A DNA stretch of 64,000 nucleotides from Myxococcota bacterium (GCA_965250285.1 OZ252299.1:2912001-2976000); one strand, 5' to 3'; shown: positions 44,809 to 54,279, counted from the first letter of the stretch. Numbers and translations: made by a program. Notes: generated from the letters alone by a model not told the origin.

Positions 44809-44826
44809 TGTGCTTTATGAAGCACA
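44809..44826. promoter_or_regulatory. Palindromic operator candidate upstream of amtB
   Basis: TGTGCTT-TATG-AAGCACA; a putative promoter TTGACG (44864)-N17/18-(C)AATAA(A) lies downstream. Confidence 0.5.
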
Positions 44827-45007
44827 TCCGGTTGGTGGAGGCGCGCCTGGGCGCCTCCGCGCGTTGACGCGGTCGTCACAATCGCGCAATAAAGAGCCCA
44901 CTCGGGCGTCGCTTTGCGCGACGTCCTTCCGAATCCGTCGCCGGGCACCCGTCGACGCGCCCGCCTCACCTCGATGCCTGGCCCGGACCGCCAGGAGGAG
45001 CCCGTTC

Positions 45008-46333
45008 ATGAACTGCGTTCGCCTTCCCCTTCGCAGGGCCGCCGCACCGCTCGCCACGGCGATGACGCTGGTGCTCGTTCCCCGACTCGTGCTCGCGCAA
45101 GACGAGATCGAAGTCGCCGACTCGGGCGATACCGCCTGGATGCTCACCAGCTCGCTGCTCGTGCTGATGATGACGCTGCCGGGTCTCGCGCTCTTCTACG
45201 GCGGACTCGTGCGCGTGAAGAACATCCTGTCGGTGTTGATGCAGTGTCTGATCTCGGCGGGTCTGATGGGCGTGCTCTGGGTCTTCGCCGGCTACAGCCT
45301 CGCCTTTGGCGAAGGCAGCGGCGCAACGCAGCCGTTCATCGGCGACCTGTCGATGGTGATGCTGAGCGGCATCACGCCCGACAGCGTCTCGGGCACGATC
45401 CCGACCTATGTGTTCGTGATGTTCCAGGGCATGTTCGCGATCATCACGCCGGCGCTGATGCTGGGCGCCTTCGCCGAACGCATGCGCTTCAGCGCATACC
45501 TCGCGTTCTGCACGATCTGGCTCTTCGTGGTCTACATCCCGCTCGCGCACATGGTGTGGGGCGGCGGCTGGCTCGGCGCGCACGGCGCCCTCGACTTCGC
45601 CGGCGGCCTGGTCGTGCACATGTCGAGCGGCTATTCGGCGCTCGTCGCCTGCCTGTTCATCGGGGCGCGCCGCGGCTACGGCCGCGAGCCGATGCCGCCC
45701 AACAGCCTGCCGCTCACCGTCATCGGTGCATCGCTGCTGTGGGTCGGCTGGTTCGGCTTCAATGCCGGCAGTGAGCTCGCTGCCGACGGGGTCGCGGGTC
45801 TCGCGTTCCTGACGACCCAGACCGCGACGGCCACGGCCGTGCTCTTCTGGGTGATCATCGAGTGGGTGCACAACGGCAAGCCCACGGTGCTGGGCGCCGC
45901 GACCGGCGCGGTCGCCGGCCTCGTTGCAATCACCCCCGCCTGCGCCTTCGTCGGCCCGGGCGGCGCCATCGCGATCGGCTTCGGCGCCGCGGTCATCTGC
46001 TACGTCGCCGTCGCGATCGTGAAGCCGAAGCTCGGCTACGACGACAGCCTCGACGTCTTCGGCGTGCACGGCGTCGGCGGCACCTGGGGCGCACTGGCCA
46101 CCGGCCTCTTCATCGCACCGTGGGCCCTCGGCGACGGCATGAGCTGGGGCGAGCAGGTCTGGCTGCAGGTGCAGTCGATCGTCTTCACGCTCGTCTACGC
46201 GGGCGTGCTTTCATGGATCATCCTCATGGTGCTCAAGGCTGTGATGGGCGACCTGCGCGTCGACGCAGAGGCCGAGCACGAAGGTCTCGATCTCTCGGAG
46301 CACCAGGAGACGGCCTACGGCGACGCGGCCTGA
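45008..46333 (+). CDS. amtB: Ammonium transporter
   Basis: SGDTAWML, PGLALFYGG, FQGMFAIIT, DFAGGLVVH, WVGWFGFNAGS, DDSLDVFGVHG, GLDLSEH; AGGAGG RBS. Confidence 0.95.
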   Translation: MNCVRLPLRRAAAPLATAMTLVLVPRLVLAQDEIEVADSGDTAWMLTSSLLVLMMTLPGLALFYGGLVRVKNILSVLMQCLISAGLMGVLWVFAGYSLAFGEGSGATQPFIGDLSMVMLSGITPDSVSGTIPTYVFVMFQGMFAIITPALMLGAFAERMRFSAYLAFCTIWLFVVYIPLAHMVWGGGWLGAHGALDFAGGLVVHMSSGYSALVACLFIGARRGYGREPMPPNSLPLTVIGASLLWVGWFGFNAGSELAADGVAGLAFLTTQTATATAVLFWVIIEWVHNGKPTVLGAATGAVAGLVAITPACAFVGPGGAIAIGFGAAVICYVAVAIVKPKLGYDDSLDVFGVHGVGGTWGALATGLFIAPWALGDGMSWGEQVWLQVQSIVFTLVYAGVLSWIILMVLKAVMGDLRVDAEAEHEGLDLSEHQETAYGDAA

Positions 46334-46355
46334 TCCCGCGCGCCGACCGCGAACC

Positions 46356-46394
46356 CGGGGCCCCGAGCAGCCGCTCGGGGCCCCGCTTCGTTTC
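46356..46394 (+). terminator. Intrinsic terminator-like hairpin after amtB
   Basis: 13-bp stem CGGGGCCCCGAGC-agcc-GCTCGGGGCCCCG followed by CTTCGTTTC. Confidence 0.7.
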
Positions 46395-46396
46395 GG

Positions 46397-46530
46397 GCCC
46401 TCAGACCGTGTCCGCGAATCGCACGCTTCGGGCCCTCAGATCGTGTCCGCGCATCGCACGCGCCGCGCCCTCAGATCGTGTCCGCGAATCGCACGCGCCG
46501 CGCCCTCAAACCGTGTACGCGAATCGGACG
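46397..46530. repeat. 35-bp tandem repeat, about 4 units, derived from the 3' end of the OsmC-like gene
   Basis: GCCCTCAGA(C/T)CGTGTCCGCG(A/C)ATCGCACGC units at 46397, 46432 and 46467; a diverged unit at 46502 is the gene's own last codons and stop. Confidence 0.85.
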
Positions 46531-46913
46531 TCGAGCTCGATGTCGGGGTGGATGCTCTGCTTGACCGGGCAGGCCCACGCGATCGCCTCGAGCGTTTCGC
46601 GTGTCTTCACGTCGAGGGCCGCCGGCAGGTCGAGCTCGACCACGAGCTTCACCACGCGGCGCGGTCCGGCGGCCATGTGCTTCTCGGTGCGCGCCCGCGT
46701 GCCGGCGAAGGGCCAGCCCTCGTCTTCGGCGCGGATGCCCATGGTCGTGACCATGCAGGAGGCCAGCGCCGTCGCGAGCAGATCGGTGGGCGAGAACGAC
46801 TCGCCGCGACCGCGATTGTCCACCGGTGCATCGGTATGGAGTCGAGTGCCCGACGGCGCGTGATCACACGCCGTGCGCAGCCCGCCCTCATACGTGGTGT
46901 GGATCTCGACCAT
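46506..46913 (-). CDS. OsmC/Ohr-family (YhfA-like) protein
   Basis: TDAPVDNRGRGESFSPTDLLATALASC...ACPVKQSI; GGGAG RBS. Confidence 0.88.
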   Translation of the reverse strand: MVEIHTTYEGGLRTACDHAPSGTRLHTDAPVDNRGRGESFSPTDLLATALASCMVTTMGIRAEDEGWPFAGTRARTEKHMAAGPRRVVKLVVELDLPAALDVKTRETLEAIAWACPVKQSIHPDIELDVRFAYTV

Positions 46914-47087
46914 CTGGCGTCTCCCTCTGTCGGTCCCGTTTGAAGGACGCGCGTCAACGCAGCGAGCGTCGCGCATCATGCCGTGAACCGCTGCGACGCA
47001 TCGGCCAGCGCAAGTCAACCGGGGCGCGCTGCAGGGGGACGGGGTACCGTGCAGCCACCTCGGTCCTTCTGGCTGGAGCCAGCCCGC

Positions 47088-49049
47088 TTGTCGCTCTTCG
47101 ACCCCTCGCAACACCCCGAAACCCGTCGCGAGGCGGCTGATCCCGCCGATCTGCAGGCCGGCCTCGAACGGCTCGGCCACAGTACGTTTCGCCCGGGCCA
47201 GCGCGAGGCCATCGAGACCCTGCTCGACGAGGGACGCATGCTGCTCGTCGCGCCCACGGGCGGCGGCAAGAGCCTGACGTACCAGCTGCCCGCGCTGCTG
47301 CTCGAAGGCACGACGCTCGTCATCTCACCGCTGATCGCGCTGATGCAGGATCAGGTGCAGGCGCTCGAAGCGCTCGGCATCCGCGCGACGTATCTCGCGT
47401 CGACGCTCGACTCGGGCGAGCTCGAGGCGCGGCTCGAGGGGCTGATGCGCGGCGAGTGGCAGCTCTGCTACGTGGCTCCCGAACGGCTCGGCGCGCCGGG
47501 TTTTCGCGCCCGGCTGCGCACGCTCGACTGCCCGCTCGTCGCGATCGACGAGGCGCACTGCATCAGCGAGTGGGGCCACGACTTTCGGCCCGAGTACATG
47601 CAGATCGGCGAGGTGCTGAAAGATCTGCCGCGCGCCCGGGTCATGGCGTGCACGGCGACCGCGACCCCGATCGTGCGAGACGAGATCCTCGAGCGGCTCG
47701 GGCTCGACCCATCGACGCCGCAGCTCGTCCGCGGCTTCGCGCGGCCGAACCTCTCGCTGCGCGTCGCAGACATCGCCGGCAAGGCCGAGCGCATTCGGCT
47801 CGTCGACGGTGCGCTCGACGAGGCGCTCGGCGCCCCCGAGTCGCCCCGGGGCAGCGCCATCGTCTACTCGCCCACGCGCAAGATGACCGAAGAAGAGGCA
47901 CGCCGCCTCGCAGCCCGGGGCTACCGGACCGACGCCTATCACGCCGGCCTCGATGGCCCGACGCGCGACGCGGTCCACCGCGCATTCACCGAGGGCAGCG
48001 TCGACGTCATCGTGGCGACGAATGCGTTTGGCATGGGCATCGACCGGGCCGACGTGCGCGCGGTGATCCACCTCGCGCCGCCCGGCTCGATCGAGGCCTA
48101 CTACCAGGAGGTCGGTCGCGCGGGCCGCGACGGCGCCGACGCGCTCGGGCTCATGCTCGTGTCGGCCAACGACTGGCCGAGGCGCCGTGCGCTGATCGAG
48201 AGCGATCTCGACGGCCTCGCCCCTGATTCCGAGGTCGTGCGCCACAAGTGGAACCTGTTCCTCGAGCTGATGCGCTTCGCCGAAGGCGGCAGCTGCCGAC
48301 ACGACTCGGTGCTTCGCTACTTCGATGACGAGGCCGAGACGCTGCACGGGTGCGGGCGCTGCGACGTCTGCCGACAGCTCGCCCTCGGTGTCGATCTCTC
48401 GCTCGACGTCGACGAAGCGAACGCCACCCTGATCGTGCGCAAGGCGCTCGCAGGCGTCGCGCGCGTACACGGTCGGTTCGGCCTCGGTGCTGCGGTGGCG
48501 CTGCTGCGCGGCGTGCGCGACCCACGGCTCTCTCGGGACGGTCTCGACCGCACGACGACCTTCGGTGTGCTCGAGGACTTCACCGACGACTGGCTGACTC
48601 GACTGCTGCGCCGCTGCGTCACGGCCGGCTGGGTCGACTACTGGGGCGGTGATCGCCCGGTGGTGATCCTCACCGAAGAAGGCGCTGAAGTCATGCGCGG
48701 CGAGCGGCCGGCTCGGCTGCTGCTCCCGCCGCTCAAGCGCCCGAAGGCCTCGGCCACCGCGAGTCGCGGTGGCGGAAGTCGGTCTTCGGGTTCGAACGCC
48801 GGGCCCAGCCTCGACGAGCTCGACGAAGCCGGCCGCGAACTCTTCGAGCAGCTGCGCGCCCATCGCATGGACATCGCCCGGGCCGAGGGCGTGCCGCCCT
48901 ATGTCGTCGCGAGCGACCGCACGCTGCGCGACGTCGCCGCCCTGCGGCCAACCACGCTCTCCGACCTGCAGCTCGCGCATGGCATCGGCCCCGCGAAGGC
49001 CGAGAAGTACGGGCCGGGCCTGCTCGCCGTCGTCGCCGGCGCGGTCTGA
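47088..49049 (+). CDS. recQ: RecQ-family DNA helicase with RQC and HRDC domains
   Basis: FRPGQ, PTGGGKS, DEAHCISEWGHDFRP, ATNAFGMGID, YYQEVGRAGRDG, CGRCDVC, HRDC VPPYVV; start uncertain (46983, 47049 or 47088). Confidence 0.92.
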   Translation: MSLFDPSQHPETRREAADPADLQAGLERLGHSTFRPGQREAIETLLDEGRMLLVAPTGGGKSLTYQLPALLLEGTTLVISPLIALMQDQVQALEALGIRATYLASTLDSGELEARLEGLMRGEWQLCYVAPERLGAPGFRARLRTLDCPLVAIDEAHCISEWGHDFRPEYMQIGEVLKDLPRARVMACTATATPIVRDEILERLGLDPSTPQLVRGFARPNLSLRVADIAGKAERIRLVDGALDEALGAPESPRGSAIVYSPTRKMTEEEARRLAARGYRTDAYHAGLDGPTRDAVHRAFTEGSVDVIVATNAFGMGIDRADVRAVIHLAPPGSIEAYYQEVGRAGRDGADALGLMLVSANDWPRRRALIESDLDGLAPDSEVVRHKWNLFLELMRFAEGGSCRHDSVLRYFDDEAETLHGCGRCDVCRQLALGVDLSLDVDEANATLIVRKALAGVARVHGRFGLGAAVALLRGVRDPRLSRDGLDRTTTFGVLEDFTDDWLTRLLRRCVTAGWVDYWGGDRPVVILTEEGAEVMRGERPARLLLPPLKRPKASATASRGGGSRSSGSNAGPSLDELDEAGRELFEQLRAHRMDIARAEGVPPYVVASDRTLRDVAALRPTTLSDLQLAHGIGPAKAEKYGPGLLAVVAGAV

Positions 49050-49059
49050 ACCCGGCCCC

Positions 49060-49731
49060 ATGGCGCTGCCCTGGCAGACCCTCGACACGGCCGACACTCC
49101 CGACGGCCGCCTCGAGCTGCGGCAACGCGGCGACGACTTCCTGATCCTGATCGACGGCCGCGTCCTGATGAACAGCCGCCAGAACCGCAGCGAGATCGCG
49201 GTGGCCGAGCGGCCCTGTCGTGCGCTCGCCGACCATCCCGCTCCGCTGGTCCTGATCGGCGGACTCGGCATGGGTTGCACGCTGCGTGCGGCCCTCGATG
49301 CGTTGCCCGCGGCGGCGCAGGTGATCGTGGCGGAGCTGAACGAGGTCATCGTCGAGTGGTGCCGAGGCCCCCTCGCCCCCGTGCACGCAGGTGCGCTCGA
49401 CGATCCGCGCGTCCGCGTCGAGCTCACCGACGTCGCCGCGTTGATCCGCGCCCACGGCACGAAGGCAGCGCCCCGCTTCGACGCGATCGTGCTCGACCTC
49501 TACGAGGGGCCGCACGCCCAGACCGACGCCGTCGGCGATCCGCTCTACGGCCGGCGCGCCCTCGAGCGTACGCGCCGGGCGCTGCGGCCCGGTGGCTTCT
49601 TCTCGGTCTGGAGTGAGGCGGCCGACGCGGGCTTCGCCAAGCGCCTGCACGCGGCCGGGCTCGAGAGCGAAAGAGCCCGCCCCGGGAAGGGCGGGCTCCG
49701 TCACGTGGTCTACCTCGCGCGTCGGCGCTGA
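49060..49731 (+). CDS. Spermidine-synthase-like SAM-dependent methyltransferase
   Basis: LELRQRG..F.I..DGRVLMNSR, LIGGLGMGCTL, FDAIVLDLYEGP, VWS. Confidence 0.82.
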   Translation: MALPWQTLDTADTPDGRLELRQRGDDFLILIDGRVLMNSRQNRSEIAVAERPCRALADHPAPLVLIGGLGMGCTLRAALDALPAAAQVIVAELNEVIVEWCRGPLAPVHAGALDDPRVRVELTDVAALIRAHGTKAAPRFDAIVLDLYEGPHAQTDAVGDPLYGRRALERTRRALRPGGFFSVWSEAADAGFAKRLHAAGLESERARPGKGGLRHVVYLARRR

Positions 49732-49747
49732 GTCGATCTCACTCGAC

Positions 49748-51217
49748 TCAGTTCGCGGCGCCGCCCGCCGCCAGCAGCTTGACGCGGTGGTCGCCGAGCG
49801 CCGCGACCTCGGGGTGGCGCGTCTCGAGCGTCGCGAAGAAGTCGTACGAGTCGTACCAGTAGCCCCGCCGAGCGAGCTCGTGGCCTCGTTCGGCCAGGCC
49901 CACCTCGTCGATCGCATTCGTCTCGGCGTCGTTCGAGGCGAGGCGCTTGATCGAGCCTGCCGACACCGGGTTGCGCGACGGCCGGTCGGGATCGTTCACG
50001 AGCGTCACGAACCAGCGGTACTCGATGCCCGGCTCGAGCGACACGCCCTCGTCGGCGAGCGAGATCGATGCGAGGCCCGCGGCGTGCGGTCCGGCGAGGG
50101 TCAGCTCGAGCACCGGATCGATCTCGCGATCATCCACCACCGTCACCACGATCGCCTGCTCGGTCGGCTCGGACACGGACCACCAGAGTCGGGGCGAAGC
50201 CTCGCGGGTGAGACCCACATGGTCGGGTGCATGGGCCGTCACGCGCGGTGCCGAGCCATCGCCCCGCACGCCGCGCACCGAGCCGAACTGGTGCATCCAG
50301 GCCAGCTCCGTCGAACCAGAGGGCGCCGCGTAGTCGGGCGGGGCCATCTGCGAGAGCGAAGCGAGCAGGATCTCTTCGCCGGCCACGAGGTCGCCGGCGG
50401 GCGCCGCGTCGCGGGCCGACGGCTCTTCGTCGCGGTCGATGGCCGGCACCGCGGCGCCGCCCGGTCCGCCCTGTGCCTCGGCAAGCTGCACGACCTCGGG
50501 CTCGATCGACGGGGTCGGCGCCGGGGCCGGCGCCGCCGACTCGCTCAGCACGGGCTCGGGCACCGCCGCGCGATCCGCCGCCGCCAAACGCGACGGATCA
50601 CTCGGCGCCGGAACAGGCACCGGCTGCGGCGGGATGGCGCTCGGCTCGGGCTCGGCCGTCGGCGCCGACCGCTCGGCCAGTCGCTGCGGTGCGCGCGCGC
50701 CGCCCCCGCCCTCGCCGATCGTCACCCAGGTGCCGATCGCCGCGATCGCGACGAGCAGCGCGCCGGCCGCGGCCCAGCGCGGCGGTCGATCGAGACCGAG
50801 CCAGCCGGCGATGCGCTCGATGGCGCTCGGCGCCGCAGCCGCAGGGGCTTCGGCCGCCGCGCCCCAGGGCGCGCCGACCACCTCGGCGAAGTCGAAGGTC
50901 TGGAGGGCCTGCCACTCGGTCCGGCAGGTCGCGCACGCGTCGAGGTGTCGTTGCATCTTCATCTGCTCCGGCCCGGCCGTCGCGCCGCCGCCCGCGTAGC
51001 GGGCGAGCGCCTCGACGTCCGGGTGCCAGGGGCCGTCATCAGCCCCCTCTGCTTGCGAAGGCTCGGCGAGGGTCGACTCGATGCCGGTCCAGAGGGCCAG
51101 CTCGGCCGAGCACACCGCGCAGTCGGGATAGTGCGCGCGGAATGCCTCGAACTCGCTCGCCGACGGATCCGTCAGGTAGCGGGCCAGGTCGATCTCCTCA
51201 CGGAACCGGCAGATCAT
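49748..51217 (-). CDS. Anti-sigma factor with two zf-HC2 (ZAS) motifs, TM helix, Pro/Ala linker and C-terminal DUF928-like domain
   Basis: HYPDCAVC and HLDACATC (HxxxCxxC); TM WAAAGALLVAIAAIGTWV; APDHVGLT..SPRLWW, LEPGIEYRWFV, ARRGYWYD (DUF928-like); GAGGAGG RBS; directly downstream of the ECF sigma gene. Confidence 0.8.
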   Translation of the reverse strand: MICRFREEIDLARYLTDPSASEFEAFRAHYPDCAVCSAELALWTGIESTLAEPSQAEGADDGPWHPDVEALARYAGGGATAGPEQMKMQRHLDACATCRTEWQALQTFDFAEVVGAPWGAAAEAPAAAAPSAIERIAGWLGLDRPPRWAAAGALLVAIAAIGTWVTIGEGGGGARAPQRLAERSAPTAEPEPSAIPPQPVPVPAPSDPSRLAAADRAAVPEPVLSESAAPAPAPTPSIEPEVVQLAEAQGGPGGAAVPAIDRDEEPSARDAAPAGDLVAGEEILLASLSQMAPPDYAAPSGSTELAWMHQFGSVRGVRGDGSAPRVTAHAPDHVGLTREASPRLWWSVSEPTEQAIVVTVVDDREIDPVLELTLAGPHAAGLASISLADEGVSLEPGIEYRWFVTLVNDPDRPSRNPVSAGSIKRLASNDAETNAIDEVGLAERGHELARRGYWYDSYDFFATLETRHPEVAALGDHRVKLLAAGGAAN

Positions 51218-51264
51218 CTCACCCTGCCTCCTCGCTCGCCGAAGCCCCTGCCTCGGCGTTCACA

Positions 51265-51298
51265 GGATGGATCGCTGAAGCCCCTGAAATCGGATCAC
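51265..51298 (-). promoter_or_regulatory. Conserved 34-bp motif, copy 1 (putative ECF promoter), upstream of the anti-sigma gene
   Basis: Minus strand GTGATCCGATT-tcaggggct-TCA-g-CGATCCATCC; same motif and spacing as 54362-54395. Confidence 0.7.
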
Positions 51299-51360
51299 CC
51301 GCCGAGCCCATTTCTCCACGGTTCGACCATTTTGCTGCTCTCGTCGCCCTCAGTGCGCGC

Positions 51361-51939
51361 TCAGCCATCCGCCAGCTCCGCGCGCAGGGCCGCGAGCCCC
51401 TCCCGCAGCGCGCGCTTGAGGGTGCCGAGCGGCAGCCGGGTCTGCTCGGCGGCCTCTTCATAGGTGCGGCCGCGCATGTAGACCTCGACGACGGCCTCGC
51501 GTGCGCGGTCGGGCAAGCGCTCGAGCGCCTCCCAGAGCGCCACCTGGTGATCGGCCGACAGGCCCCCTTCGCCACCGGGCGGCCAGGGCGAGGCCCCCTG
51601 CTCGGTCAGCTCTTGGGCATCGTGGTCGGGGGCCTGGCGCTCGAGCGCGCGCAGCCGGTCGACGAACTTGAAGCGGGCCGTCTGCTTGAGAAAGCCCGCG
51701 ACGGCGCCCGCGTTCTCGAGGCGGCCGTCGCGGTGGGCTTCGCAGACGGCGAGGACGACGTCCTGCACCATGTCGTCCCAGTCGTCGCGAAAGTCGAAGG
51801 CCCTCCAGCGCGACAGAAAGCCGGTGACGAAGCGCGCGAGGGTCACGAACGCGACGCGGTCGCCCTGCCGCACCCGACCGACGACGGCGTGCCAATCGGT
51901 CCTCGCCCCTCTGGCGCTCGTCTGGGTCGGCTCGGACAC
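51361..51939 (-). CDS. ECF RNA polymerase sigma factor
   Basis: Region 2 GDRVAF...DDMVQDVVLAV...RFKFVDRLR; region 4 LPDRAREAVVEVYMRGRTYEEAAEQTRLPLGTLKRALREG; TAGCCT -10 six nt before the GTG. Confidence 0.9.
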   Translation of the reverse strand: MSEPTQTSARGARTDWHAVVGRVRQGDRVAFVTLARFVTGFLSRWRAFDFRDDWDDMVQDVVLAVCEAHRDGRLENAGAVAGFLKQTARFKFVDRLRALERQAPDHDAQELTEQGASPWPPGGEGGLSADHQVALWEALERLPDRAREAVVEVYMRGRTYEEAAEQTRLPLGTLKRALREGLAALRAELADG

Positions 51940-52041
51940 CCGCGAAGGCTAACCGACCCGGGTCACGAGAATCGAGTGGCCGCGGCGCCTTCGGGGTCGG
52001 GGCACCCGCAGACGGCCGCGACCGCGTATTCTCGGTGGCCG

Positions 52042-54279
52042 ATGGCCGACCCCAATCAAGAAGAGCACGACGCGCCCAGCGAGAGCTGGATCGCCGAGTT
52101 TCGCCGGCGCACGGTCTTCCGGGTCACGGCGGCGTACGTGGTCGTCGCCTGGGTGCTCATGCAGGGCGCCGAGATCGTCTTTCCGGCCTTCGAGCTCTCG
52201 AACGCGGCGCTGCGGCTCTTGATTCTGGTCCTGGCGGGCGGGCTGCCGATCGCCGTGATCCTCGCGTGGCTGCTCGAGGTCACCCCGACCGGGGTGCGGC
52301 TGACCAACCGTCTGCGTGCGGGCGGCGCGACCGGTGAAGGGCGCGAGCAGACGACGGCCTTCGGGCGCGTCATCGAGATCGTCGTGCTCGGGGCGTGCAT
52401 CCCGGCCATCGCGTTCGTCGCCGTCCTGCTGATGTCGACGCCGATCGACCTGACGGACGCGTCCGACGAAGCCACGCAAGCCGAGGGAGCGACCCCGGGG
52501 TTTGCGCCGATCGAGGGCCGGAGCCTCGCGGTGCTGCCGTTCGAGGATCTGACCGCGACGCCCGAGGGTTCGGGCTTCTTCGCCCGCGGCGTGCACGAGG
52601 ATCTGCTGACCCGGGTCGCTGGCCTGCCCGACCTGCGCGTGGTCGCGCGCACGACGGTACTCGCCTACCTCGACCGCCCCGATGGCCTGCAGGCGATGAC
52701 CCGCGAGCTCGGCATCGCGCACGTGCTGCAGGGCAGCATCCGCCGCAGTCCATCGCTGATCCGGGTGACGGCCCAGCTGACCGGCACCGAGACCGGCGAG
52801 CTCGTGTGGGCCGAGACGTTCGAGGCCGAGCCCGAAGACGTGCTGCGCGTGCAGGCCGACCTCGCCGCTCGCATCGGTCGCGCCCTCGAGGACGAGCTGT
52901 CGGGCGAGGGCTCGAGCGGCGGCGAGATCCCGGTTGCGGTCGTGACGTCGCCGATCGTCGACGAGGCGTCTGCGCCCCGGCGCGTCGTGCCGGCGGCGTT
53001 CGACGCCTACCTCGAAGCGCGCGACCTGCACCGCAGCCTCGATGCCGAGAACCGCGAAGACCTCGCCCGCGCCCGCGCACTCTACGAGACGGCGGTGCGC
53101 CTCGACCCCGAGCTCGGCGCGGCCTGGGCGCAGCTCGGCATCCTGCACGCCGAGGCCGACTGGTTCGGCTTCGACCGCAGCGGGGCCCGCTGCGACCGCG
53201 CGCGCGAAGCCATCGAACGCGCGGGCGCGGTCGAGCCGGGTCTCGACCTGCTGCCCCTCGCAGCCGGCATCGAGGCGTACTACTGCGACGGCGACTTCGA
53301 GCGCGCCGAGGTGCTCTTCGCAGAGGCCGCCGAAGCGATGCCCGGCGACACCCAGGCGCTCTTCTACCGCGCCATGGTGCTGCGCCGCCTCGGTCGTCTA
53401 GAAGAGGCGCTGGCGCTTCAGCGCCGGGCGCTCGCGATCGACCCGCTCAACCTGGGCGAGCGCGACGAGCTGCCGCTCACGCTGGCGTTCCTCGGCCGGC
53501 TCGAGGAGGCGCGCCGCGAGACCGACGTGTTGCTCTCGCTCGATCCCGACCGGATCCGCGCGCGCTTCTACGGCTGGCACCTCGACCTCGAGCTCGACGG
53601 CCGGCCCGAGATCGTGCTCGACGAGATCCTCGCGGCCCCCCGCTCGCAGTTCGGCTTTCAGCACCTCGGCCTGCTCGAGCGCGTGGCCGTGCTCGCCGAC
53701 CGGCCCGACGACGCGATTGCGCTGATCGAGTCGCTGCCCGAGGACGCACCCGACCCGGGCTTTCGAGACTTTCGCCTGGCGCGGCTGCAGGGCTGGGCGG
53801 GGCGGGCCGACGAGCGGGCCCGTCTGCTCGCCCGGTCGCGGGCGAAGTGGGATGCGATCGTCGCCGCCGTCGGCGACGCGCTCAGCCCGACCGAGCGCAA
53901 CGTGGCCGAGGCGCTGTTGGCGGCGGCCGAGGGCGACCTGCCCCGCGCGATCGTGCTGCAGGGCGAGATCGTCGAGGCCCAGCCGATCGAGGTCGACCTG
54001 ATCACGGGCAGCCCGCCCCTCGCGCAGCTGATCCACTTCAACGTACTCGCCGGTCGCACCGGCGAGGCCGAGGCCCTGCTCGACCGCCTCGAGGCGCGCG
54101 GCGCGTTCGGCGCCGTGCTCTTTCACGGCTGGTACCACCTGCTGCACTGGCCCGGCTATACCCCGGCGCTGCAGGATCCGGCCTTCCGGTCGGCCCTCGA
54201 GCGCCGGCTGCCGCCCTACGTCGAGCGCTGGCTCTCGGAGCGCGCCGGCGGCGGCGCCCAGATCCCGGTCGCCTCCTGA
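52042..54279 (+). CDS. Membrane protein with 3 N-terminal TMs, TolB-like/FlgO-like domain and TPR repeats
   Basis: EFRRRTVFRVTAAYVVVAW, SLAVLPFEDL, VVARTTV, VLQGSIRR, LVWAETF, then multiple TPRs (LAIDPLN). Confidence 0.82.
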   Translation: MADPNQEEHDAPSESWIAEFRRRTVFRVTAAYVVVAWVLMQGAEIVFPAFELSNAALRLLILVLAGGLPIAVILAWLLEVTPTGVRLTNRLRAGGATGEGREQTTAFGRVIEIVVLGACIPAIAFVAVLLMSTPIDLTDASDEATQAEGATPGFAPIEGRSLAVLPFEDLTATPEGSGFFARGVHEDLLTRVAGLPDLRVVARTTVLAYLDRPDGLQAMTRELGIAHVLQGSIRRSPSLIRVTAQLTGTETGELVWAETFEAEPEDVLRVQADLAARIGRALEDELSGEGSSGGEIPVAVVTSPIVDEASAPRRVVPAAFDAYLEARDLHRSLDAENREDLARARALYETAVRLDPELGAAWAQLGILHAEADWFGFDRSGARCDRAREAIERAGAVEPGLDLLPLAAGIEAYYCDGDFERAEVLFAEAAEAMPGDTQALFYRAMVLRRLGRLEEALALQRRALAIDPLNLGERDELPLTLAFLGRLEEARRETDVLLSLDPDRIRARFYGWHLDLELDGRPEIVLDEILAAPRSQFGFQHLGLLERVAVLADRPDDAIALIESLPEDAPDPGFRDFRLARLQGWAGRADERARLLARSRAKWDAIVAAVGDALSPTERNVAEALLAAAEGDLPRAIVLQGEIVEAQPIEVDLITGSPPLAQLIHFNVLAGRTGEAEALLDRLEARGAFGAVLFHGWYHLLHWPGYTPALQDPAFRSALERRLPPYVERWLSERAGGGAQIPVAS

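Noticed and set aside
44895..45007. Glutamine riboswitch or ANTAR hairpins in the amtB leader
   Set aside because: A hairpin is present but the consensus loops and blocks do not match convincingly.
46397..46530. 35-bp repeats as a CRISPR array
   Set aside because: Units are head-to-tail with no unique spacers, derive from the neighbouring gene end, and no cas genes are present.
50227..52041. N-terminal extension of the 1350-aa ORF
   Set aside because: Arg/Pro-rich shadow over the sigma and anti-sigma genes; the real protein starts at ATG 52042.
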